A stretch of 31,716 nucleotides of DNA from a bacterium (GTDB taxonomy: Bacteria > Desulfobacterota > DSWW01): NCBI GenBank assembly GCA_040756235.1, contig JBFLZG010000009.1, positions 1 through 31,716 on the forward strand, read 5' to 3'. Numbering within the stretch: the stretch's first letter is position 1; the number at the start of each line of letters is the position of its first letter. A program made the translations under genes and the position numbers. Positions 1 through 9,534 of the stretch are shown one piece after another. The notes beneath the pieces are model-generated. The model was not told where the DNA came from and ran no database searches. It saw only the letters and a list, made by a program, of their open reading frames with translations.

Positions 1-178
1 CCCCGGGCGTATCCGTCGCCTTTTGAAACACCGCAGGGGAGGCGGCGTGAAAAGAGCCGGACTCCCTCTTCGTTGTGGGGGCGACGCACGCGTCGCCCAC
101 GGGCGTGGCCATCCGCCGGGAATGGGGGGGTCTGGTGAGCGGCAGGAGACCAGTGGCGAGCGAGCCGGTGAGCACTCG

Positions 179-252
179 GTAGGATGGATAAAGCCGAAGG
201 CGTGTCCGCCAGCCACGGCTGCAGATTGCGAGCAGATTGCGAGCGCGGCGAT
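179..252 (+). repeat. GTAG-REP composite element (family A) with 11-bp tandem duplication in tail
   Basis: GTAGGATGGATAAAGCCGAAGGCGTGTCCGCC plus tail ...TGCGAGCGCGGCGAT; GCAGATTGCGA duplicated at 221-242; similar copies at 9291, 11434(-), 14427, 17004, 21845, 26013. Confidence 0.85.
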
Positions 253-300
253 TTACTCTGCTCTCCCCCTATGGGGGCGAGGGGGGGGCATGCATTCGCA

Positions 301-1449
301 TCAAAACAGGCGTTCCCAGAACGACGCCTTCTCGTCCGCCTCGGAGGATATGACGTCCACCTCTCCCAGGACCCTGTCGCCGAGCCGGGCCGTCACCTTG
401 CCCACGACCTGGCCCTGCTGGAGCGGCGCTTCCATCATCTCCGGCAGCTCTTCGGTCAGGACCACCTCTGCCGCCTTGCTCGCCGGCACGCTCACCTTCA
501 AGTCGGAAAGGTACTTGAGGCCCACGTCCGGTGCCTTGCCGCCCTTGACCTTGAGGCGCTTCGGGAGATCCTGGCCTCCTGTGGCGAGGCTGAGGGTCTT
601 GTAGCTGTTGAAGCCGAGGGTGAGCAGGCGGGTGGTCTCGACCGTCCTCGCCGTGCTCGTCGGCGCGCCCATGACGACGGCGATCATCCTCGTGCCGTCC
701 CTGGCCGCCGTGGCGGTGATGCAGAAACCGGAATCCCGAATGTAGCCGGTCTTGAGCCCGTCCATGCCCTTGTAGTGGGTGAGGATCTTGTTGGTGTTGC
801 AGAGCGGGAACTCGCGTCCCCGGAACGGCTCGTTGACTATGGAGCTCCACTCCAGGACCTTGGGGTAGCGGATCAGCCGCTGGCCGAGCAGGGCCATGTC
901 ATAGGCGGACGTGAGGTCCTTTTCCTGCCCCTTTCCCGGCGGAAGCCCGTGGACCGAATGAAAGACCGTGTCCTTCATCCCGATCTCCCGGGCTTTGAGG
1001 TTCATGAGGTCCACGAATGATTCCACGCTTCCGGCGACGGTCTCGGCAATGGCCGTGGCGGCGTCGTTTGCGGAATGGATCATCACCGCCTTCATCATCT
1101 CCTCCAGGGTGAACGTCTCGCCCTGCTTGAGATAGACCTGGGAACCTCCGATTTTCGAAGCGCGGGCGGAAACGGTGATCGGGTCCTCGAGGCGGATGCC
1201 CCCCTCCTGGAGCTTTTCCATCACGATGAGGGCCACCATCATCTTCACCATCGAAGCGGGCGCGTACTGATTGTGGCTGTTGAGCTCGTAGATGACCTCT
1301 CCCGTGGCTGCGTCCATGAGCAGGGCGGCCGGGACCGAGCTCTTGAAGGGTTCGGCCGCATGGACCGGCTGCCAAACGAGGAGGAGAGCGCAAAGGAACG
1401 CCACTGCCGCGCCCGTGATCGGGGCCAGCTTGTTCAACGAGGTGCTCAT
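301..1449 (-). CDS. dacA: D-alanyl-D-alanine carboxypeptidase (peptidase S11, PBP5/6-like)
   Basis: Signal peptide; SxxK (PASMVK), SxN (HSAND) and KTG (GLKTGY) motifs; C-terminal PBP5 domain (APLQQGQVVG). Confidence 0.93.
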   Translation of the reverse strand: MSTSLNKLAPITGAAVAFLCALLLVWQPVHAAEPFKSSVPAALLMDAATGEVIYELNSHNQYAPASMVKMMVALIVMEKLQEGGIRLEDPITVSARASKIGGSQVYLKQGETFTLEEMMKAVMIHSANDAATAIAETVAGSVESFVDLMNLKAREIGMKDTVFHSVHGLPPGKGQEKDLTSAYDMALLGQRLIRYPKVLEWSSIVNEPFRGREFPLCNTNKILTHYKGMDGLKTGYIRDSGFCITATAARDGTRMIAVVMGAPTSTARTVETTRLLTLGFNSYKTLSLATGGQDLPKRLKVKGGKAPDVGLKYLSDLKVSVPASKAAEVVLTEELPEMMEAPLQQGQVVGKVTARLGDRVLGEVDVISSEADEKASFWERLF

Positions 1450-1500
1450 TTCTATTCTCCGGAGTCTCAGGCTGGTACGGGAGGAGAAAAAACGTGAAGG

Positions 1501-1529
1501 AGTTTAACGAGAACGGCCGGATGCGTCAA
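1501..1529 (-). promoter_or_regulatory. sigma70-type promoter for dacA
   Basis: Minus strand TTGACG-17 bp-TAAACT about 50 bp upstream of the start. Confidence 0.6.
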
Positions 1530-1582
1530 GCATTCTCTGAAGTTTTCCCGGAGCTGCTTGCGGCGCGCGCAGCAGTGCGGCG

Positions 1583-2056
1583 TCAGTCTTTCGAAACAGG
1601 CGGGTTCTTCATGTAATCCGGCTCGAGGGCGGTCTTGATCAGGTTCGAGTCGCCGCGGGAGACGACCCTTCCCTGCTCATCCACCAGCTCGCATACCGCG
1701 TGGGCGATCCGCTTGCCGGTGCGGACGAAGCGCGCCCTGGCGGTCACGGCCTGGCCGACGGAAAGCTTGCCGATGTAGTTGACGTGGAGGTCGATCGACA
1801 GCATGACCCCTTCCTGGCCCAGGGTGGCTGCGGTCATGCCGATGACGTCGTCCATGATGGCGGCCTGCATGCCTCCGTGGAGCAGCCCAATCGGGTTGGC
1901 CATTTCGGGTCGGGTGACGAAGCGCACCTCCATGCGCCCCGGCTCGCAGGAGACGATCCGCCCGTCAAGCCACGTGGTCATGGGCGGCGCGCCTTCGAGC
2001 TTCTTGCCGATCGAGGCGCGGAAGAGCTCGACGATGGGATTGGCTTCTGAGCTCAT
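1583..2056 (-). CDS. PaaI-family (hotdog fold) thioesterase
   Basis: NPIGLLHGGMQAAIMDD motif; start placed at MSSEANP (2056) because a promoter-like pair lies inside the longer ORF. Confidence 0.9.
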   Translation of the reverse strand: MSSEANPIVELFRASIGKKLEGAPPMTTWLDGRIVSCEPGRMEVRFVTRPEMANPIGLLHGGMQAAIMDDVIGMTAATLGQEGVMLSIDLHVNYIGKLSVGQAVTARARFVRTGKRIAHAVCELVDEQGRVVSRGDSNLIKTALEPDYMKNPPVSKD

Positions 2057-2130
2057 GAGGGGTTTGCCTCCAGCCCGGCAAGTCCAGCCGTAGCACCCAT
2101 CCCGGCGCAAACGTGGACCTTCGAAACGAG

Positions 2131-2160
2131 ACTTTAGGAAAAGGGCCGGCTTCGTGTCAA
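2131..2160 (-). promoter_or_regulatory. sigma70-type promoter for thioesterase
   Basis: Minus strand TTGACA-18 bp-TAAAGT. Confidence 0.55.
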
Positions 2161-2223
2161 CGCGCGCGGGGAGGGCGGACTGCCAGGATCTCCGCCAGGG
2201 TGCCTTGCGCCCCGGGCCCTTGC

Positions 2224-2252
2224 TTGACATCCTCCCGAGCCGAGGTTAATCC
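2224..2252 (+). promoter_or_regulatory. candidate sigma70 promoter of btu/cob operon
   Basis: Perfect TTGACA at 2224, then 17 bp, then weak TAATCC; immediately upstream of the riboswitch. Confidence 0.45.
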
Positions 2253-2266
2253 TGTTTCCTGAAAAT

Positions 2267-2436
2267 CGTGTCCGGGTACCGTACGGTTTAATAGGGAAGA
2301 CGGTTGAACCCCGTCACGGACCCGCCGCTGTAAGTGGGGACGAAAGCCGCAACAGCCACTGTCCCGCGGTTTCGGGGGGGATGGGAAGGCGCGGCAAGTA
2401 GGATGATCCGCGAGTCAGAAGACCTGCCCGGGCACG
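2267..2436 (+). ncRNA. cobalamin (AdoCbl) riboswitch
   Basis: Hallmarks AATAGGGAA, CCCGCCGCTGT, GCCACTG...GGGAAGG and B12-box GAGTCAGAAGACCTGCC; ends CGTGTCCGG / CCGGGCACG can pair; lies upstream of btuB. Confidence 0.95.
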
Positions 2437-2627
2437 CTTCACGGACGTCTTCGCGGTCGAGACGGTGAAGGAAGCTTCTCCGGCCCGGTCCTCTCGCGAA
2501 CCGCTTTGCGGTCTCGCTTGCTGCGCCTGTGGCCCTTTCCCTCCGCTCGACGCAAGCCGTCCCTCATCTCTCAATGGCTCGTGGGGTGTCGTCTGCCTGC
2601 CGGGCGACGGCCGAGGGGAGACAGGAA

Positions 2628-4715
2628 ATGGCGAAGCAGGCTCGCATGCGTCGGGCGCGCTGGATTCTTCGGGTCGCTGCGTGGTTCCAGCTCTTCACGG
2701 GCGTCGGCCCGCAGGCGGCGGCCCAGGAGGAGGGGTATCTCCTCGAGCCGGTGGTGATCACGGCAACGCGCACCGGGGTCCCGCTCGGGGAGCTCGGCGT
2801 TTCCGCAACGGTCATCACCGCCGAAGAGATCGAGCGGCGGCAGTCCTCCGACGTCCTCGAAGTGCTGCGCGACGCGGCCGGCTTGAACGTCGTGCAGCAA
2901 GGCTCCCGGGGCGCGCAGACCGAGCTTTACCCGCGGGGCGGCGAGAGCAACTACACCATGGTTCTGATCGACGGGGTGCAGGTGAACGAGGCCGGGGGCG
3001 CTTTCGATTTTGCCAACCTGACGACCCTCGACATCGACCGTATCGAGATCATCCGCGGCCCGCAGAGCGCGCTGTACGGCTCGGACGCCATCGGCGGCGT
3101 GATCCACGTCATCACCAAGAAGGGGAAAGGCAAGCCCGCCGCGACCGTCTCGACCGCCCACGGCGCCCATTCGGAGAACGGCAACTACATGGGCGAGCAG
3201 AAGATCCGCATCTCGGGAGGCAGCGAGTCGATCGCGGCCAGCTTCGGCTACGCCAGGGTGGACGACGGCGGGATCCTGGATCTGAACAACGCCTTTTCCT
3301 CCAACACCGTGAGCACCCGGATCGACGTGCGTCCCGGTGAAAAGCTGGGGATCACCTTCGGCGGCCGTCTGCACGACACCCGGTACGAGTTCCCCACCGA
3401 GCACGGAGGCGACCGGCCGGACGAAGTATTCCCCGGGCTGGATCCGGATCAGTTCCAGGAAAACAGAGATGCATCCGTGAGCGGCGAGGTGCGCGTGGAC
3501 TGGAGCCCCGAGTGGGAGCACGTCTTCCACATGGGCGCTCATTTCCTCGATCGGGACTTCGTGGACCCGCCCAACCCTGCGCAGTCAGCATTCGATGCCG
3601 CGCCGGGCAGCCGGACGGAATCATTCCAGACGCGCGCCACCTTCGACTATCACACGAACCTCAGGCTCGGCACGAACGGGAAGGTTCCCTCCACCCTCAC
3701 CGCGGGGTACGAGTTCGAGCGGGAAGATCTGGACCTCGACAGCCTGTCGACCATTGTCTTCGGCGATCCGGAGCTGGGATTTTTCTCCACCTCCGACGCC
3801 GAAATCGAGGAGGACCGGCACAACCACGCCTTCTACCTGCAGGCGCAGTCCTCCCTCATCGAGCGACTGCATCTCGTCGGCGGGTTTCGGGTGGAGGACA
3901 ACAGCGAGTTCGGCATAGATGTGAACCCCCGGGGCTCTATCGCCTGGAACATCAAGGAGACCGACACCAGGCTGCGCGGCGCGGCCGGAACCGGGATCAA
4001 GGAACCCACCTTTCTGGAAAACTTCGGCGGATTCGGGACTGTCGGCAACCCCGACCTGGAGCCGGAGGAATCTTTCTCCTGGGAGGCCGGTCTGGACCAG
4101 CTCTTCTGGAATGGCAGAATCCAGCTCGGTGCCACGTATTTCGAGAACCAGTACGATAACCTGATCACCTTCGTGTTCATCCCGGGCACTGCGACCTCCA
4201 CGTTCGCCAACATCCAGGAAGCGGAGAGCCGGGGAGTCGAGGTCACCGGACAAATCACGGTCGGCTGGGGAGTGACCCTCGGGGGAAACTACACGTATCT
4301 GGAAACCGAGGTCACGGACGACGGGGGAACGGGCAACCTCTTCTTTGCCAAGGGCAAGCCCCTGCTGCGAAGGCCCAGACACTCCGGCTCCTTCTTTGCA
4401 GATTGGCTCTGGAAGGGGCTGAGCGCGCGCCTGGCCGGCACATATGTCGGCCGCAGAGATGACACGTCCTTCCGCGCAGAGCTGGACCCCGCTACGGGGT
4501 TTTACCTGTTCGACACCCGGCGCCTCGTGAACGACGGTTACTTCGTCATGGACTTGGCGGCCTCTTACACGCTGGAGGAGCTGAGCCGGTGCCCGGTGAA
4601 GCCGTTGAAGTTCTTCCTGAGGGGGCGCAACATCCTGGACGAGGAATACGAGGAGGCGCTGGGGTTCTCCTCGCCGCGCATCCGTTTCATGGGCGGGGTC
4701 GAGCTCGTGTTCTGA
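2628..4715 (+). CDS. btuB: TonB-dependent cobalamin receptor
   Basis: TonB box LEPVVITA, plug motif IEIIRGPQSALYGSDAIGGVI, GNPDLEPE, C-terminal Phe; riboswitch upstream. Start is 2628 or 2646. Confidence 0.9.
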   Translation: MAKQARMRRARWILRVAAWFQLFTGVGPQAAAQEEGYLLEPVVITATRTGVPLGELGVSATVITAEEIERRQSSDVLEVLRDAAGLNVVQQGSRGAQTELYPRGGESNYTMVLIDGVQVNEAGGAFDFANLTTLDIDRIEIIRGPQSALYGSDAIGGVIHVITKKGKGKPAATVSTAHGAHSENGNYMGEQKIRISGGSESIAASFGYARVDDGGILDLNNAFSSNTVSTRIDVRPGEKLGITFGGRLHDTRYEFPTEHGGDRPDEVFPGLDPDQFQENRDASVSGEVRVDWSPEWEHVFHMGAHFLDRDFVDPPNPAQSAFDAAPGSRTESFQTRATFDYHTNLRLGTNGKVPSTLTAGYEFEREDLDLDSLSTIVFGDPELGFFSTSDAEIEEDRHNHAFYLQAQSSLIERLHLVGGFRVEDNSEFGIDVNPRGSIAWNIKETDTRLRGAAGTGIKEPTFLENFGGFGTVGNPDLEPEESFSWEAGLDQLFWNGRIQLGATYFENQYDNLITFVFIPGTATSTFANIQEAESRGVEVTGQITVGWGVTLGGNYTYLETEVTDDGGTGNLFFAKGKPLLRRPRHSGSFFADWLWKGLSARLAGTYVGRRDDTSFRAELDPATGFYLFDTRRLVNDGYFVMDLAASYTLEELSRCPVKPLKFFLRGRNILDEEYEEALGFSSPRIRFMGGVELVF

Positions 4716-4733
4716 TGCTGCCATGAACGGATT

Positions 4734-4834
4734 CCCTCTCCCCCCCGTGCACGGGGGACAGCGTCAGGGTGAGGGGGAACAGAAGCAGATTCACCCCTCA
4801 TCCTTGCCTTCTCCCCTCGGCGAGGGGAGAAGGG
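4734..4834. repeat. ~100-bp multi-hairpin palindromic element (family C)
   Basis: CCCTCTCCCCC..GGGGGA..GGGTGAGGGG..CCCCTCATCC..CCTTCTCCCCTCG.CGAGGGGAGAAGG; close copies at 9382 and 20384. Confidence 0.88.
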
Positions 4835-4890
4835 ACGAAAAATTCGGAGGGTTCGAATCCATGGGGCGAACGGAAGAGGAGCGGAAGCAG

Positions 4891-5742
4891 ATGCCATCTG
4901 CTGACGGGGAAACGCCCGGAGCCGCCCTCGGCCGTGGCCGGCCTGCACCCCCTCTGCTGAAAGGGTCGTTCCCGTTTCGGCTGGCCGCCACCTCCTATAT
5001 TCTGCCCGCGCCCATTCTGCCGAACCTGGAGTTCCTGGGACCCTACCTGGACGAGGTGCAGCTCGTGCTGTTCGAAAGCGCACAGGAGGGAAATCTCCCT
5101 TCCCCGTCGGAGATCCGGGAAATGAACCGGGTCGCGCAAGGCGCGCGTCTCAGGCTCAGCGTGCACCTGCCGACCGACCTGTTCCTGGGCGATCCCGACC
5201 GCCGCGTGCGCCGCACAGGCTGCGATACGATCCGGCGGTTCTACGAGCGTACGCTCCCCCTGGAACCGACCGTCTATGTCTTGCACCTGGATCCGGGCGG
5301 CCTCGATCTCCGCAGCCCCGCCGGGCGGGGGAGCTGGCTGGGCAGGCTCGAGGAATCCATGCAGACTCTCCTGGCCGAGGGTCTCGATCCCTCGCGGGTG
5401 GCCGTCGAAAACCTGGATTACCCCTTCGGTTGGGTCCTGCCGCTCGTGGACGGCTGCGGCATGAGGCCTTGCCTGGACGTCGGCCACCTGCTCCGTTATG
5501 GTCACGACCTGGATGCGCACCTTGCCGCATTGCTGAGCAGGGCGCCCCTGGTGCACCTTCACGGGGTCCGCGAACGGGTGGACCACTGCAGCCTGGAGCT
5601 CATTTCCGCCGACCACTGGGAGCGGATCACCGGGGCGCTGCTGCAGTATGACGGGGCGGTTTGCATCGAGGTGTTCTCCCTGGAGGATCTGGCTGGGTCG
5701 ATGCGCAGGATGGAGCCGTGGAAGAGCGGGGTGGAGGCATGA
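4891..5742 (+). CDS. cbiR: cobamide-remodelling phosphodiesterase CbiR-like (AP endonuclease 2 / TIM barrel)
   Basis: FRLAATSYI, VHLPTDL, VAVENL, CLDVGH, VHLHG and CIEVFS metal-binding motifs; ATGA overlap with cobU; SD GAGGAG upstream of 4891 (the longer ORF reads through a repeat). Confidence 0.78.
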   Translation: MPSADGETPGAALGRGRPAPPLLKGSFPFRLAATSYILPAPILPNLEFLGPYLDEVQLVLFESAQEGNLPSPSEIREMNRVAQGARLRLSVHLPTDLFLGDPDRRVRRTGCDTIRRFYERTLPLEPTVYVLHLDPGGLDLRSPAGRGSWLGRLEESMQTLLAEGLDPSRVAVENLDYPFGWVLPLVDGCGMRPCLDVGHLLRYGHDLDAHLAALLSRAPLVHLHGVRERVDHCSLELISADHWERITGALLQYDGAVCIEVFSLEDLAGSMRRMEPWKSGVEA

Positions 5743-6260
5743 AGCAGATCCTTCTCGTGACCGGAGCGTGCCGCAGCGGCAAGAGCCGCTTCGCCCAGGG
5801 ATGGGCGGAGGCGCGCTCTCCCAGGCGTTTGTTCCTGGCCACGGCGGTCGCCGGGGACCAGGAGATGGCCGAGCGGATCCGCCGGCACCGCGAGGGCCGC
5901 GGTCCGGGCTGGGAGACGGTCGAGGAACCCCGTGACGTGGCGCACGCCCTGCGCGCGCGCGGCAGGGAGTTCGGGGTGGTCCTGATGGATTGCGCGACCC
6001 TCTGGGCGACCAATCTGCTGCTGGACGGGCTCGCCTGCGAGGAGATCCTCGCGCGCACCGTGGAGCTGGCGGAGGTGCTGGGCGAGGTCCCTTGTTCGGT
6101 CGCGCTGGTCACCAACGAAGTCGGGTGGGGCATCGTGCCCGCGAATGACCTGGCCAGGCGGTTTCGCGACGTCGCCGGAGCCATGAACCAGGCCCTGGCC
6201 CAGGCGGCGGACCAGGTGGTGTTGCTTGTTTGCGGGATCCCTCTGACCTTGAAAGGATGA
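5739..6260 (+). CDS. cobU: adenosylcobinamide kinase / cobinamide-phosphate guanylyltransferase
   Basis: P-loop GACRSGKS, RIRRHR, DCATLW, TNEVGWGIVP; SD GGAGG. Confidence 0.95.
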   Translation: MKQILLVTGACRSGKSRFAQGWAEARSPRRLFLATAVAGDQEMAERIRRHREGRGPGWETVEEPRDVAHALRARGREFGVVLMDCATLWATNLLLDGLACEEILARTVELAEVLGEVPCSVALVTNEVGWGIVPANDLARRFRDVAGAMNQALAQAADQVVLLVCGIPLTLKG

Positions 6261-6270
6261 AGGAAAGGAC

Positions 6271-7344
6271 ATGCGTCTGCAAGAGATCGTGGCCGGCATT
6301 CGCCCGGTCGATTCGGCGTGGATCGAGCGAGCCGCGGCCCACAGCGCCCGCCTGGTGATGCCGCACCGCGCGCTGGGACGGCTCCACGCCATCGCCGAGC
6401 AGCTGTGCGGGATCGGGCAGACCCTCAGGCCCTCGGTGGCAAGCAAGGCCATTCTGGTCATGGCGGCAGATCACGGCGTGGCGGCCGCAGGCGTGAGCGC
6501 CTATCCCCAGGAGGTGACGGGCGAGATGGTCAAGACCTTCCTGCGGGGCGGCGCCGCCATCAACGCCATCGCCCGTGCGGTCGGTGCGGAAGTCCGGGTC
6601 GTGGACATGGGGATCATCCCTGAGTTGGACCCGGCGCTCCTGGACGGAGGGGATCGGCTCCGGGTGCGCAAAGTGGCGCGCGGGACCCGCAACATGCTGC
6701 GCGGCGCGGCGATGACCCGGGAGCAGGCCGCGGAGGCGGTGCTGGCCGGCTTCGATGCGGCCGCGGAATGCTTCCAACGGGGCGTCCAACTCCTGGGCAC
6801 GGGCGACATGGGCATCGGCAACACCACGCCCTCGGCTGCCATAGGCGCCGTGCTCGCAGGCAGAGATCCGGAGGCGATGGCGGGCCGTGGGACCGGAGTG
6901 GACGCGGACGGCCTGCGGAGGAAACGGGAGGCGATCCGCGAGGCGATTCGAGTGAACCGACCCGATCCGGGCGACGGACTGGACGTGCTCGCCAAGCTCG
7001 GAGGGTTCGAGATCGCTGCCATCGCGGGCTGTGCGCTCGCCGGGGCCCACCATCGAGTCCCCGTGGTCGTCGACGGGTTCATCTCCACGGCCGGCGCGTT
7101 GATCGCCCAGGCCCTGTGTCCCGCCGTGACCGGCTACCTTCTCGCCGGCCATCGCTCGGCCGAGGCAGGCCATCAGGCCATGCTCGACCACCTGGGACTC
7201 GAGCCGCTGCTGGATCTGGGCATGCGCCTCGGCGAAGGGACCGGCGCCGCGCTCGCCATGTCCGTCATCCAGGGCGCGGTCGCCGTCTTCAACGAGGTCT
7301 TTTCATTTGAACAGGCCGGGGTCTCGGGCAAGGAGGGCGGATGA
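6271..7344 (+). CDS. cobT: nicotinate-nucleotide:DMB phosphoribosyltransferase
   Basis: AADHGV, GDMGIGNTT, DGFIST, LGMRLGEGTGA. Confidence 0.96.
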   Translation: MRLQEIVAGIRPVDSAWIERAAAHSARLVMPHRALGRLHAIAEQLCGIGQTLRPSVASKAILVMAADHGVAAAGVSAYPQEVTGEMVKTFLRGGAAINAIARAVGAEVRVVDMGIIPELDPALLDGGDRLRVRKVARGTRNMLRGAAMTREQAAEAVLAGFDAAAECFQRGVQLLGTGDMGIGNTTPSAAIGAVLAGRDPEAMAGRGTGVDADGLRRKREAIREAIRVNRPDPGDGLDVLAKLGGFEIAAIAGCALAGAHHRVPVVVDGFISTAGALIAQALCPAVTGYLLAGHRSAEAGHQAMLDHLGLEPLLDLGMRLGEGTGAALAMSVIQGAVAVFNEVFSFEQAGVSGKEGG

Positions 7345-8084
7345 GGGCGCTCATGGCGGCTCTCGGGTTCCTGACCATTCTTCCCGTGGGCCGGGGCGCC
7401 GCCGGGCTGCCGGCGCCCTCCATGCTCCCCTGGTTCCCCGTGGCCGGGCTGATCGTGGGCGGCCTGTGGCTCGGATTCGACCAGGCCGTCGGCAGGCTTC
7501 TGCCCTCGGCGCTCCGGGCCGTCCTGGACATGGGCTTCGTCGTGGTCCTCACCGGGGGGCTGCACCTGGACGGGCTCGCGGACACGGCCGACGGGCTCCT
7601 GAGCCATCGGGGCCGGCAAGAAGCGCTGCGCATCATGAAGGACAGCCGGATCGGGACCTGGGGGGTCCTGGCCTTGCTGTTCGTTCTCGGCACCAAGACC
7701 TTGGCGCTCCATGAGCTTCTCCTGAGAGGGGAGCCTCACGGGCTCGTCCTGGTCCCTGTTTACGGAAGGGCGGCCATGCTCGCCGGGATCTTCTTCCTGC
7801 CTTACGGCAGGGGGGAGGAAGGGATCGGCAGCCTCCTCTTTGAAAGGAGCGGGAGGCAAGACCCATGGGTCAAGGCAGGCATTGTCCTGCTGCTGGCAGG
7901 CTCGGTCGCGCTCCTGGGCCGGGGCGGAGCCGTCGCCTTGAATGCGGCCTTCCTGGGAGGAGTCGCCCTGGTCCTGCTGGCCTATCGCTCGCGGATGGGA
8001 TGCGTGACCGGGGACATGCTGGGCGCCCTGGGCGAGATCACAGAGACGATCCTTCTGGTGGTGCTGGCGGCGGGCGCATCGTGA
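7341..8084 (+). CDS. cobS: adenosylcobinamide-GDP ribazoletransferase (cobamide synthase)
   Basis: FLTILP, TGGLHLDGLADTADG, IMKDSRIG, TGDMLGA; hydrophobic. Confidence 0.96.
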   Translation: MRALMAALGFLTILPVGRGAAGLPAPSMLPWFPVAGLIVGGLWLGFDQAVGRLLPSALRAVLDMGFVVVLTGGLHLDGLADTADGLLSHRGRQEALRIMKDSRIGTWGVLALLFVLGTKTLALHELLLRGEPHGLVLVPVYGRAAMLAGIFFLPYGRGEEGIGSLLFERSGRQDPWVKAGIVLLLAGSVALLGRGGAVALNAAFLGGVALVLLAYRSRMGCVTGDMLGALGEITETILLVVLAAGAS

Positions 8085-8139
8085 GGCCGGGGCAGCACAT
8101 TTTCGGGGCAGGGACAGGGAGCGGGCTTTGCCATTCTTC

Positions 8140-8212
8140 GTCATCCCGGCCCATCTGCGAAGCGGGGCTTGTAGGGGCGCCGCTTGCTGCGCCCGTCCCG
8201 GGATCCAGGAGC
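8140..8212. repeat. GTCATCCCGG-type hairpin repeat with a GTAG-REP nested in its loop
   Basis: Arms match the reverse complement of 11605-11652; the inner 8171-8194 matches the REP at 21938. Confidence 0.8.
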
Positions 8213-8280
8213 CTGCACCAAGAAGCCCGGAAACGGGGACACAATCCAAGAGCGCCTAGTTCAATGGCCGTGAGGACCGG

Positions 8281-9264
8281 ATGAGATACGGCAACGGCAG
8301 CGCGGTCGCGCGAGTCGTCTGCCTGGCATGGCTGCTGTGGGCGCCGCTGCTGCTCTGGACCGGTATCGCCCTGGGCGAGGTCCTGGTGGACCAGGCAGGC
8401 AGGCGCGTCGATGTGCCTGTCCGCGCGCAACGAGTCGTCTCGCTGGCGCCGAGCATCACGGAATGCCTCTTCGCTCTGGGGCTGGACCAGGAGGTGGTCG
8501 GAGTCACCGAGTTCAGCAACTACCCGCCTGAGGCCGCCTCCAGGCCGAGCGTGGGATCGTACGTGCGGATCAACACGGAGGCCGTGGTTTCTCTGCGGCC
8601 CGATCTCGTGATCGCCACCCGGGACGGCAACCCGGCACAGACGGTGGCTCTGCTGTCGGACCTGGGCCTGACAGTCTACGTGGTCGATCCGCGCGACATG
8701 GACGGCCTGTTTGCCACCCTCGAGTCGCTGGGAAGGATCTTCGGGCGGGGGCACAGGGCGGAAGAGATCGTGCGCGAGCTGGCCGGCCGCATGGAGCGGC
8801 TCGAGCGGGTCCTCGCCGGACGGGCACGTCCCCGGGTCTTCATGCAGATCGGGGCTGCGCCCCTGATGACCGTGGGAGCGGGCACGCTCCAGAACCAGCT
8901 CATCGCACTGGCCGGAGGCGAGAACATTGCAGAAGGAGACAGGATCCCCTACCCGATCGTGAGTATGGAGAGGGTCCTGGACGCCAGGCCTGAAGTCATT
9001 CTCATCTGCACGTTGTCCGGTCCCTCCGGTGCCGAAAGGCAGATGGCGGAATGGCTCAGATGGACACAGGTCCCGGCCGTGGCCAGCGGGCGGATCCACC
9101 CCGTCAACGGCGACCTGATCGCCCGGCCGACCCCCAGGATCCTCGAAGGGATCGAAGAGCTGGCATGCAAGATCCACCCCGAGGTGGCGGCTCTTCTCCA
9201 GGCCGGCCCGGATGCAGCACGTCGCGGCGACGCAATGTCGAGAGCGAGCGGTAGGGGCGAATGA
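8281..9264 (+). CDS. btuF: periplasmic cobalamin-binding protein
   Basis: Signal region, RVVSLAPSITECLFALG, VGVTEFSNYP, RPTPRI; operon context. Confidence 0.9.
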   Translation: MRYGNGSAVARVVCLAWLLWAPLLLWTGIALGEVLVDQAGRRVDVPVRAQRVVSLAPSITECLFALGLDQEVVGVTEFSNYPPEAASRPSVGSYVRINTEAVVSLRPDLVIATRDGNPAQTVALLSDLGLTVYVVDPRDMDGLFATLESLGRIFGRGHRAEEIVRELAGRMERLERVLAGRARPRVFMQIGAAPLMTVGAGTLQNQLIALAGGENIAEGDRIPYPIVSMERVLDARPEVILICTLSGPSGAERQMAEWLRWTQVPAVASGRIHPVNGDLIARPTPRILEGIEELACKIHPEVAALLQAGPDAARRGDAMSRASGRGE

Positions 9265-9480
9265 TCACTTCGCCCCTGCAAAGAACCCCGGCAGAATGGA
9301 CAGAGCCGAAGACGTTTCCAACAACCATGACTGTCGGGTCGCGAGCGCGATCCCCTGTGACCAGGGTGCGAAAGCTGAATACCCTCTCCCCCGTGCACGG
9401 GGGAGAGGGCCAGGGTGAGGGGGAAACAGGAGCAGATGCACCCCTCATCCTGACCTTCTCCCCTCGTCGAGGGGAGAAGG
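9251..9480. repeat. repeat mosaic: GTAG-REP (9251-9279), degenerate family A (9291-9353), family C (9382-9480)
   Basis: GTAGGGGCGAATGATCACTTCGCCCCTGC hairpin; GCAGAATGGACAGAGCCGAAGACGTTTCCAAC resembles family A; 9382-9480 matches 4734-4834. Confidence 0.8.
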
Positions 9481-9534
9481 ATCAAAGAAATCGAAGCCTC
9501 TGATTGCGGGAGTGCCTCGCCAAGGAACAACGGG

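Noticed and set aside
4723..4890. N-terminal extension of CbiR
   Set aside because: It is a translation of the family C repeat; a better SD precedes 4891
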